A stretch of DNA of 11,082 bases from Promethearchaeota archaeon (lineage in GTDB: Archaea; Asgardarchaeota; Lokiarchaeia; Sigyniarchaeales; SOKP01), in the NCBI GenBank assembly GCA_004524535.1, contig SDNY01000118.1:1-11082 (forward strand). Reading direction: 5' to 3'. Position 1 is the stretch's first letter. The number at the start of each line of letters is the position of its first letter. A program made the position numbers and the translations under genes. The notes beneath the pieces are model-generated. The model was given only the letters and a program-made list of their open reading frames with translations. It was not told the DNA's origin and did no database searches. Positions 1 to 7,699 of this stretch are shown piece after piece.

Positions 1-59
1 AATTGCAAAAAATGACGGTTTTCAAATTCTTTTACCTGATTACTCACGAAATCCGACAT
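1..59 (-). CDS. Probable 5' end of an unknown CDS running off the window edge (MSDFVSNQVKEFENRHFLQ...)
   Basis: Minus-strand ATG at 59-57, frame open to position 1, in-frame GTG at 80-78 as an alternative start. Followed by a very AT-rich intergenic region shared divergently with the thiolase. Too short to assign a function. Confidence 0.45.
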   Translation of the reverse strand, partial: MSDFVSNQVKEFENRHFLQ

Positions 60-341
60 TTTTAGGATTGAGATAATCACGATTTTAGTCGGAATAAGAT
101 TTATAATTTTTAAAAATAAGGTTTATTTATAGATTTAAAAATAAACTCTTTTGAAATAAGAAACAAATAAAAAAACTAATTCTAAATTACAAGGTAAGGA
201 AACACCGTAAATGTGCTGTTTATAAAAATAAAAATATAAAATAAAATGTGAAAAAAACCTCTTAGAAATTAGTAACTTTTTTTGTTGAGTTCATGTTTAA
301 TAACATATTATATAAGAAAAATCAAAAAGATGATATAAGTT

Positions 342-1547
342 ATGAATGATGATGATATAGTTATTTGTTATGCTAAAAGAACTGCTATTGGAGCTTTTGG
401 CAAGTCACTTTTACCATATAATGCAGGTAAATTGCTCAGTTTCGTAATAAAGGATTGCATTGAAACAACAGGTATCGACCCAGCGATTATTTCAGATGTA
501 AAGTCTGGATGTTGCCTTGAGCCGCAAGAAGAAATGAATGTCGCCCGAGTTGGCGCTCTTCTCGCTGGTATTCCCTTTGAAGTTCCTGCTATGACGATAA
601 ATAGAGTATGTATTTCAGGGATGGAGGCAATAAGGGCTGCTATGTGCGATCTTATAGTTGGACAATCAAGCCTCGTTTTAGCAGGAGGTACTGAAAGCAT
701 GAGTAATTGTGCCTATTACATTCCTTCAGCGCGATTTGGAGCAAGATTGCAGAATCAAGAAATGAAATGTGGGATAATGGAAGGCTTACATGCGGGAAGT
801 AAGGTGTTTGCTCCAAAGGAAAGATATATTATGGGTTTAACAGCCGAATTTATTGCTGAAAAATATGGAATCACAAGACAAATGCAAGATGAGGCAGCTT
901 TAAGGTCTCAAAATAATGCTGAAAATGCCACAAATTCAGGCAGATTTAAAGACGAAATTGTTCCTGTGGAAGTCAAAACAAGGAAAGGATCATATATATT
1001 TGATAAAGATGAGCATTTCAGACCTGGTCAAACTATAGAGGCTTTGGCAAAATTACCCACTGCTTTTAAGAAGGATGGCACGGTAACTGCAGGTAATTCT
1101 TCGGGAATCAACGATGGAGCCTGTATAACACTAGTAACCACTTACGGTAAAGCACAAGAATTAGGATTAACCCCTTTAGCTAAAATTAATGTAAAGAGTT
1201 TTGCGAAAATTGGCAATGATCCTAAATATATGGGGATGGGCCCTATGCATAGCAGTCCTTTAGCGCTTAAACAAGCTGGTATGAAATATGAAGATATTGA
1301 TTTAGTTGAATGTAATGAGGCATTTGGCGCCCAATATGTAGCAGTGGCAAAGCAACTAAATTGGGACATAGAGAAAACAAATGTCAACGGTTCGGGGATA
1401 GGGCTCGGTCATCCTGTAGGTTGTACTGGAGCGAGAATCATCGTGACCTTAATCCATGAAATGAAGAAACGAGGCGATTCATATGGGATGGCAACATTAT
1501 GCGGTGGTGGCGGTGTATCAGAAGCCGTTATTATAGAAAATATTTAA
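342..1547 (+). CDS. Acetyl-CoA C-acyltransferase (thiolase), bacterial type
   Basis: All thiolase motifs present: RTAIG, catalytic Cys in INRVCISG, GGTESMS, VTAGNSSGINDGA, NEAF, GHPVGCTGAR and C-terminal LCGGGG. Confidence 0.97.
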   Translation: MNDDDIVICYAKRTAIGAFGKSLLPYNAGKLLSFVIKDCIETTGIDPAIISDVKSGCCLEPQEEMNVARVGALLAGIPFEVPAMTINRVCISGMEAIRAAMCDLIVGQSSLVLAGGTESMSNCAYYIPSARFGARLQNQEMKCGIMEGLHAGSKVFAPKERYIMGLTAEFIAEKYGITRQMQDEAALRSQNNAENATNSGRFKDEIVPVEVKTRKGSYIFDKDEHFRPGQTIEALAKLPTAFKKDGTVTAGNSSGINDGACITLVTTYGKAQELGLTPLAKINVKSFAKIGNDPKYMGMGPMHSSPLALKQAGMKYEDIDLVECNEAFGAQYVAVAKQLNWDIEKTNVNGSGIGLGHPVGCTGARIIVTLIHEMKKRGDSYGMATLCGGGGVSEAVIIENI

Positions 1548-1554
1548 TTCCTAA

Positions 1555-1570
1555 TTTTTTTTTATTTTAT
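1555..1570 (+). terminator. Oligo-T tract downstream of the thiolase (archaeal-type terminator)
   Basis: T9 run followed by ATTTT starting 8 nt after the TAA. An A-run at ~1592-1598 could serve the convergent HAD gene. Confidence 0.5.
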
Positions 1571-1625
1571 CTCTTGACATAAGCAACTAATAAAAAAATG
1601 TAATTCTATATTACAAGGTGTTTAA

Positions 1626-2192
1626 TTAGAGCTCATTAATAGTTTCATATACTTCTTTCCAATTAAAAACTCTTATAACATTATCCTTACAATGAAAATT
1701 TTGATTCCAGGGTTGGTCGTATAAAAGTAAATATCTTTCCTTCATCTTGCTGATGGATTCTGCTAAGTTTGGATTATCATCCACATATACATCAAAATCT
1801 TGGTTTATTTTCGAATCATATGGTTTATGATGGAGTAAAATTAGGTCAATATATTGGAATTTTTTTTTTACATTATGATAATTGAGTTTTTTTAAAATTT
1901 GAGATTTATACTGAGATTCTCTCGCTGAAACGATGTATAAATCGTGTGAAGTATTTAATTTCCTCATAAATTCTGGTGCTCTTTCATCAATAAAAGGAAC
2001 GTGCATCGAATTTTCATATAATTTAGTAAATATTTCGAAAGCTTCCTCTTCGGTAGTATCCCAATCTCTAAAAAATTCCCACGATTTTACGTCTTCTTTA
2101 GTATATTCTGTCTTATATTTCTCGTTAAAAATCTCGCAATACGTTATCATTAAATCAATTAAAACGCCATCAATATCAATCGCGATTCTCAT
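1626..2192 (-). CDS. HAD-superfamily 5'(3')-deoxyribonucleotidase-like (NT5C family) phosphatase
   Basis: Motif I IAIDIDGVL at the N-terminus, IVSAR (motif II), K in DSKIN, YVDDNP (motif IV), and family-typical DQPWNQ and RVFNWKEV. ATG at 2192 preferred over the track's TTG at 2204. Confidence 0.88.
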   Translation of the reverse strand: MRIAIDIDGVLIDLMITYCEIFNEKYKTEYTKEDVKSWEFFRDWDTTEEEAFEIFTKLYENSMHVPFIDERAPEFMRKLNTSHDLYIVSARESQYKSQILKKLNYHNVKKKFQYIDLILLHHKPYDSKINQDFDVYVDDNPNLAESISKMKERYLLLYDQPWNQNFHCKDNVIRVFNWKEVYETINEL

Positions 2193-2298
2193 TATCTTTA
2201 TCAATTTTTAAATTTAGATAAGTTTTTATTTTATTCGTTATGCCTTATTTAAAGTGTTAAGCTATAATAAATATAGGTTAATATAAAAATTCGATGAG

Positions 2299-3462
2299 AT
2301 GAATAAAATGGAATTGAAAACTCTATTTAGTCCTGGAAAAATTGGAAAAGTTCAAATTAAAAATCGCATAATTCGTTCGGCAACCTTTACTAATATGGCG
2401 TCTGAGCAAGGGAATCCAACTGAAGAGCAAATTGAGTTTTATACAACCTTAGCTAAAGGCGGAACGGGATTAATAATTACGGAAATTACTTCAATTGATC
2501 AAATTGGTAAAAATGCAAATGCTCAACTTTGTTTGGATGATGATTCTCAAATAGCAGGACACAAAGAATTAGTGGATGCTGTTCACGAATATTCCGAAGT
2601 TAAAATTGCTCCACAATTAAGCCACGCTGGGCGAAATAGTTTTAATCCACAGCATCAACCGGTTGCACCATCGTCTATCCAAAATATAGTAACTAAAAAA
2701 ACTCCAAGGGAACTAACTATTGAAGAAATTAGAGAGATTATTAAAAATTTTGTGGATGCATGTGGAAGGGCCTATGAAAGTGGTTATGATTTAGTTCAAT
2801 TGAATGCCGGACATGGATGGTTGCTTTCTAATTTTCTCTCCCCTTTTACAAACAAGCGTAGTGATGAATATGGGGGAGACACTCAAAATCGAACAAAAAT
2901 TTTGCTAGATATATATAATCAGGTAAAAGATGAGATGGGAAAAAAATTTCCAATAACTATAAAACTACAAACCAATGATTTTATACCAGAAGGTTTATCT
3001 TTAGAAGAAGGAATTGAAATTGCTAAATTGCTCGTTGACACCGGTTATTGCGCAATTGAAGCAAGTGGAGGGGGAATTGAATTAATAGCTAGAGGGGAAA
3101 AGCCTTATCCAAGCGTAGTAGTCAAAACACCTGAAGATGAAAATTTTTTTCTGCCAAGCGTGCAAAAACTACAGCAAATTAAGAAAGATTGCTCTATTAT
3201 TCTCATGGGAGGTGTAAGAAATCCCCTTAGCGCAGAAAAAATTCTTCAAGAAAAAACAGCTGATTTTATAGCAATATCAAGACCCCTTATATATGAACCA
3301 GACCTTCCAAATCGGTGGGAAAACGGGGATCTTTCACCACCACTCTGTACTAGCTGTAATCAATGTTATGGAACCGTAATGGCTGGTTCTTTGCATTGTC
3401 CCATTAAAAAGAAAGCAGAGAGAAGAAAAAGAAGAGAAGAGAAAAAGAAGCTTAACAAATAG
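2299..3462 (+). CDS. NADH:flavin oxidoreductase (old yellow enzyme-like FMN TIM barrel) with C-terminal Cys cluster
   Basis: IKNRIIRSAT, AKGGTGLIIT, QLSHAGR, FLSPFTNKRSDEYGG, GGVR, ISRPLIYEPDLPNRW, and C-terminal CTSCNQC-x10-C. Confidence 0.94.
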   Translation: MNKMELKTLFSPGKIGKVQIKNRIIRSATFTNMASEQGNPTEEQIEFYTTLAKGGTGLIITEITSIDQIGKNANAQLCLDDDSQIAGHKELVDAVHEYSEVKIAPQLSHAGRNSFNPQHQPVAPSSIQNIVTKKTPRELTIEEIREIIKNFVDACGRAYESGYDLVQLNAGHGWLLSNFLSPFTNKRSDEYGGDTQNRTKILLDIYNQVKDEMGKKFPITIKLQTNDFIPEGLSLEEGIEIAKLLVDTGYCAIEASGGGIELIARGEKPYPSVVVKTPEDENFFLPSVQKLQQIKKDCSIILMGGVRNPLSAEKILQEKTADFIAISRPLIYEPDLPNRWENGDLSPPLCTSCNQCYGTVMAGSLHCPIKKKAERRKRREEKKKLNK

Positions 3463-3471
3463 TAAAGTTGT

Positions 3472-3639
3472 TTGGTATTTATTATTCTTTATGAGTTCAC
3501 TGAGGAGATTAAAGATTCTCTAATGTACGCTAAAAAAGAAAATGCTTTACCTATATATAATCCTGGAAAGAATTTACCCGAATTCATCGAATGGTTAAGA
3601 AAAGTTAGAAGCGTCTCTAACCAAAAAACAAGTCCATAA
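3472..3639 (+). CDS. Small ORF not in the track (55 aa from TTG 3472, or 38 aa from ATG 3523); may be a gene remnant
   Basis: Manual translation: LVFIILYEFTEEIKDSLMYAKKENALPIYNPGKNLPEFIEWLRKVRSVSNQKTSP*. Same frame as the OYE gene, directly after its TAG-TAA. Less homopolymeric than the other intergenic regions. Confidence 0.35.
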   Translation: MVFIILYEFTEEIKDSLMYAKKENALPIYNPGKNLPEFIEWLRKVRSVSNQKTSP

Positions 3640-3649
3640 AAAAACTATC

Positions 3650-3667
3650 TTTTTCTAAAAAGAAAAA
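3650..3667. terminator. TTTTTCT-aaaa-AGAAAAA inverted repeat between convergent genes (possible bidirectional terminator)
   Basis: 7-bp perfect arms giving a T-run on both strands, lying between the OYE/small ORF (+) and the DUF1847 gene (-). Confidence 0.35.
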
Positions 3668-3686
3668 TGATTATTGTTGTGGAATA

Positions 3687-4418
3687 TTAGACCTTTTTTT
3701 TCATTTTATTGGCCATCAGTTCTTTAAACTCACGAGAAAAGAACTCTTTACCATAGTGAGAAAATAATACTCCCGCAGGGTTATGAGGCATCGATCTATC
3801 TTTTGCGATTAATGTGGTAACAGGCGCTTCAGAAAGGCGAGTAAAGGTAATATCGTGCCCTACACAGAGCCCAACGATTATATTCATATCCGTTTTAGCT
3901 TTATTTAAAAGTAATGCTTGAGCTACGGGATTACATGTAATCCACCCTATAGTATAACCAGTTTTAGAATACATTGTGAATTCTTCTGGGACTCCTACAG
4001 CCGTTTTTTTTACGCTCCCCGTTTTGCAACAAACTGAACTCACTTCAAAACCATATTTTTCTAAAATTTCTGCTATTTTTTTAGCCTCTTCAAGCATACC
4101 CACACAAAAAGCCATTCCTAGTTTTGTATAACCCATTTTCCGAGCGAACTCTATTGTATCCTTCAAGCGAGGCCAGTGGATATAACCTGTCGCTTCAACA
4201 ATAGAAGCAACTCTGGTTGATTTTTTCACAAATTCGTCCGTCTCGTAAAGTTCTCTGGCTTTTTTTTGAACTTCCGGACTAACTTTCATTGGGCAATTAT
4301 CTAATATTTTACTTGCTCTTCCAACCGTGCAATAATTTATCCCATTACATTTATGGCAAGTTGGATACGATAAACTCTTATCGTTTTTCTCTTTTGAATT
4401 ATTTTTTTCTACAGTCAT
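3687..4418 (-). CDS. DUF1847 family Cys-rich putative metal-binding protein
   Basis: N-terminal CxxC...C...CP, then PRLKDTIEFARKMGYTKLGMAFCVG, SVCCKTG, CNPVAQALLLN, NIIVGLCVGHD and APVTTLIAKDR...HNP, matching the DUF1847 pattern. Confidence 0.9.
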   Translation of the reverse strand: MTVEKNNSKEKNDKSLSYPTCHKCNGINYCTVGRASKILDNCPMKVSPEVQKKARELYETDEFVKKSTRVASIVEATGYIHWPRLKDTIEFARKMGYTKLGMAFCVGMLEEAKKIAEILEKYGFEVSSVCCKTGSVKKTAVGVPEEFTMYSKTGYTIGWITCNPVAQALLLNKAKTDMNIIVGLCVGHDITFTRLSEAPVTTLIAKDRSMPHNPAGVLFSHYGKEFFSREFKELMANKMKKKV

Positions 4419-4617
4419 TTTAACCCTTTTCTTTTTTTATTCTATGATTTAAAATGTAGTTTGGTTTTTTATTTAAACGGTTTTCTTAGAAAAAAAAGAT
4501 CTTCAATTATTTTCTATAGTTTATAGTCATTTTTTAAATCACACTTAGCATTTATGAGACGGATTGCGTTGTTAATTAAAATAAGAGCTTTTACTCTGTC
4601 CATATTTTATAATAAGT

Positions 4618-5166
4618 TTAAAAAGTTGGATTTAATTCAAAGACTCCTGCTTTTTTTACCATTTCTCTAGTAATGGTTTCAAAGATAAAATCCACATTTG
4701 CCCCAGTTTTAGCAGAACATTCAAGAAAACCGCATAGATTATTTTCTTTTGCTGTTTCAAATCCTAAATCTTTATCAATTGCTCTATTATCCTCAAGATC
4801 AGCCTTTCCCCCCGCCAATAAAATAGGGAATTGTTCTTCTATTGATTGAGCCCCATGATTAAGTACATCTAACCAATTTTTTAAGTTTTTTAAGCTTGAA
4901 AATCTGGTGATATCATACATAAAAATCCCCCCTGAAGCTCCTACTATATAACTAGGTAAAAGAAATCTGAAGCGTTCTTCACCCGCAAAATCCCATATTT
5001 GCAATCTTACTTTAATTCCGTCAATTAATAGTGTTTTTATATGAAAATCTATGCCAATAGTCATTGTTGAATTTTTAAATACGCCTGTAAGGTATTTGTT
5101 CACTAAGGTTGTCTTCCCAACTCCCCCGTCCCCGAATATACACAGTTTAAACACCGCATCTTGCAT
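4618..5166 (-). CDS. Rab-like small GTPase (Ras superfamily), Asgard archaeal type
   Basis: G1 GDGGVGKT, G2/RabF1 TIGIDF, RabF2/G3 RLQIWDFAGEERFR, YDIT, G4 GKAD, G5 ECSAKTG. GAGGT Shine-Dalgarno-like motif upstream on the minus strand. No C-terminal Cys. Confidence 0.95.
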   Translation of the reverse strand: MQDAVFKLCIFGDGGVGKTTLVNKYLTGVFKNSTMTIGIDFHIKTLLIDGIKVRLQIWDFAGEERFRFLLPSYIVGASGGIFMYDITRFSSLKNLKNWLDVLNHGAQSIEEQFPILLAGGKADLEDNRAIDKDLGFETAKENNLCGFLECSAKTGANVDFIFETITREMVKKAGVFELNPTF

Positions 5167-5447
5167 TTGAATTCAATACCTCAACAATAACTATCCCAAA
5201 TTTAATTTTATGATAAAAACTAATATATTTTAGTAATAATGTAAATTTTTAAAATTTTTAATTTATATTTTATAAACTATTAATAATCAATCCAATTAAA
5301 ATTTAACACTAATCATATAAATCCTAACAGAAATGTAATTTGGATTTCTATAAAACATATATCTTTTTAAGTTTATTCGACATAGCTTATTTTATACAAA
5401 AATATTTAAAAAAATCTTTAATAAATTGAAAAACAAAAGGTAAGGAA

Positions 5448-6329
5448 ATGGGACAAATTACAGATGAAGGAAAGTTTAATGAGAATACATATCTTATTGA
5501 TGGGATGTTATTCCGGTTGCCAGGCACAATGGCCATTTATGTAATTGAAAATGATGGAGAACGTATGATGTTTGACACGAGCGAACCGTTATCTGCAAGG
5601 AAAATTGTAAAAAAATTGAAAGAATATGATTTATTTCCAATTCAAAAGCTTTTATTAACCCATTCTCATTGGGATCATGTTCAAGGATGGGAAAAGATAA
5701 AAAAATTGAATGGGGATTTTGAAATTCTTACGTCTGAAAATGCCATAAAACATTTAAGAGATCCACGAATAATGAATGAGGCATTTGGTTATACGATACC
5801 ACCTATAGAAGGAGATATAACCCCTTTAAAAGACGGAGATGTTATAGATTTAAATGGTTTGGAGTTGAAAGTTTTGAATTTCTTTGGTCATACTCAAGAC
5901 TCGATTGCTGTTTTAGACGAAAAAAATAGAAATCTTTTCACTGGTGATTCAATTCTTTATGCATGGGAATTACATACAAAGGGTCCTCCAATAATGCCTC
6001 CCGAATTCAATGAATCTGACCTCTTAAAGACTTTTGAGAGACTAAGAAACATGAGAGGAGATATTGATTCAGTATCTATGGCACATTTTGGAGTGTGGAG
6101 TGGTGAGGATCTTGATAAATTGATAGATGAGCTAGAAGACTTCTATTTTAAGGTAAAAAAATCATTAATACAATGGTATAGCGAAAATCCATCTATAGAA
6201 TATCTCGCATCAAAATATCTCGAAACATACATTCCAAATTCTACAATCCATACCAAGGAGAATATTATTGGTTTACATTTATTGATGAGTTGGATGGAAG
6301 GTGGCTTGAAAACGAGTGGATTTATATAG
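5448..6329 (+). CDS. Metallo-beta-lactamase fold hydrolase
   Basis: FDT, THSHWDH (HxHxDH), GHT, FTGD and AHFG metal-ligand motifs in canonical order. Confidence 0.92.
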   Translation: MGQITDEGKFNENTYLIDGMLFRLPGTMAIYVIENDGERMMFDTSEPLSARKIVKKLKEYDLFPIQKLLLTHSHWDHVQGWEKIKKLNGDFEILTSENAIKHLRDPRIMNEAFGYTIPPIEGDITPLKDGDVIDLNGLELKVLNFFGHTQDSIAVLDEKNRNLFTGDSILYAWELHTKGPPIMPPEFNESDLLKTFERLRNMRGDIDSVSMAHFGVWSGEDLDKLIDELEDFYFKVKKSLIQWYSENPSIEYLASKYLETYIPNSTIHTKENIIGLHLLMSWMEGGLKTSGFI

Positions 6330-6360
6330 TTCTAAAGCCTGTTATTTTTCCATTTTCTAA

Positions 6361-6726
6361 TTAATATTGAAATTGACGGGTTCTTAGCTTCGAAATTAAA
6401 TGTCCCTTAGACATTAATTGAATTCCAAACTGATTTGAATAATCCCGAGAAAAATCTGAGATTATATTACAAACCATAATTCCCCCTTCTATACCTGGGA
6501 CATCTAAACATGCTTTATGTAATTGTCGCAATTGCGTTATACTTATTTCTCTTTTCCAGTCTCTAATAAAGATTCCGAATAATGAAGTAGCATTTTTTAC
6601 AAGACCATCAAAAGTCCAAACCTTTCCAGATTTACCTTTAATTTTTTGTGGTTCTGCAATAAAGTCATATTTTTCAGAAAAAACCAATTTCGTCAATTCA
6701 ATTAAATTTTTATTAACTAACGTCAT
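6361..6726 (-). CDS. Stand-alone Mrr-like PD-(D/E)xK restriction-endonuclease-fold protein, catalytic motif degenerate
   Basis: IKGKSG..W.FD, then IFIRDWKREISITQLRQL, GGIMV and S..S..Y...FGIQLM follow the Mrr_cat layout. Confidence 0.7.
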   Translation of the reverse strand: MTLVNKNLIELTKLVFSEKYDFIAEPQKIKGKSGKVWTFDGLVKNATSLFGIFIRDWKREISITQLRQLHKACLDVPGIEGGIMVCNIISDFSRDYSNQFGIQLMSKGHLISKLRTRQFQY

Positions 6727-6837
6727 TTTTTAAATAAAAGTATTCTTTTTATGATATTTAAATGTTATATGGATATTCGTATTATAATGATATATTATGT
6801 ATGTGATATCATTCAATATATCAATATATGAAAGAGA

Positions 6838-7659
6838 GTGATTAAAATGGAAGTTAAGCCGGGCGATTTAAATATTTGGTTTGGAAGATATTATTCGGGG
6901 AGTATAGATTTTACCTCATATCTTATTCTTACGATAATCTTCATAATCTTATCAATCATATTTAAGTATAAATATGAGGAAGAAGCATTTTGGAAGATTT
7001 ATCTTTCCAGCTCAGTTTTTTGGATTATCTTCGAATTAATACTTCAAGGAACTGCGTGGAGAACTTGGTATGAACAGCCAACATTATTTTGGTCAATAAA
7101 GATAAATTACCCAATTACAGCCCTTTTACAAGGTCCAATGGAAGGGGGGATTCCAACAGTGCTAATGTATGGTTTTGCTAAATTATTAGCATTTAAAAGA
7201 GATAAAGAGTTTATAATTTTGACAATCGTATTCGTTATATTAGCACCAATTCTACTTCTAACCAATATTTCAAGCCAAGAATCTGCAACTGTTAGCCGAA
7301 GAGCTGTATCATTATTTTCGATACTATTTGTTTCTATTTTTACCATTGTAGGGTTTATTATCGCATTAAAATTCTATGAAGATGTTAAATATCCGCTCGC
7401 ATCATTTATTTTCCTAGCTATAATTGGTTCTTATATTAATCTTGTAGGATGGTTAATTGGTGTTCGACCAATACTAATAGCTGATACATTTGAAATTGGA
7501 AAAGAAGCTACTGGCTGGCACCATGCCCCGATTAGTATAGCAATAATGATGTGTTTATGGGATGGAATAATTGAAATATCAGGAATTTACTTTGGTTTCT
7601 ATATGATTACTACTTATTTCTGGGCAAAAGATGATTTGAGTATAAAATTTCGGGAATAA
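6838..7659 (+). CDS. Polytopic membrane protein (~7 TM helices), function unknown
   Basis: About seven hydrophobic segments, with intramembrane acidic residues (E66, E102, D242, E246). Start at GTG 6838 or ATG 6847. Confidence 0.85.
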   Translation: MIKMEVKPGDLNIWFGRYYSGSIDFTSYLILTIIFIILSIIFKYKYEEEAFWKIYLSSSVFWIIFELILQGTAWRTWYEQPTLFWSIKINYPITALLQGPMEGGIPTVLMYGFAKLLAFKRDKEFIILTIVFVILAPILLLTNISSQESATVSRRAVSLFSILFVSIFTIVGFIIALKFYEDVKYPLASFIFLAIIGSYINLVGWLIGVRPILIADTFEIGKEATGWHHAPISIAIMMCLWDGIIEISGIYFGFYMITTYFWAKDDLSIKFRE

Positions 7660-7669
7660 TTATTTATAA

Positions 7670-7684
7670 TTTTTTTTTTCTTTT
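7670..7684 (+). terminator. Oligo-T tract after the membrane protein gene
   Basis: T10-C-T4 starting ~10 nt after the stop, in the 40-nt gap before the convergent YkgJ-like gene. Confidence 0.5.
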
Positions 7685-7699
7685 AAGAAAGAGAGCATA

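Noticed and set aside
52-93. TCCGAC...GTCGGA 6-bp inverted repeat around the edge-gene start
   Set aside because: Short arms and poor internal pairing, compatible with chance.
368-1387. Antisense ORFs 368-700 and 1142-1387
   Set aside because: Fully inside the well-supported thiolase on the opposite strand with no motifs, so they are shadow ORFs.
1933-2211. 92-aa plus-strand ORF
   Set aside because: Antisense shadow of the HAD phosphatase with Ser/Ile-rich reverse-codon composition.
3460-3465. Pyrrolysine or stop readthrough of the OYE TAG into the downstream open frame
   Set aside because: The TAG is immediately followed by TAA, and the OYE domain is already complete.
5167-5447. Very AT-rich 281-bp spacer as a possible replication origin or ncRNA
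   Set aside because: No ORB-like repeats, no cdc6/orc1 neighbour and no GC-rich stems. Best explained as a divergent promoter region.
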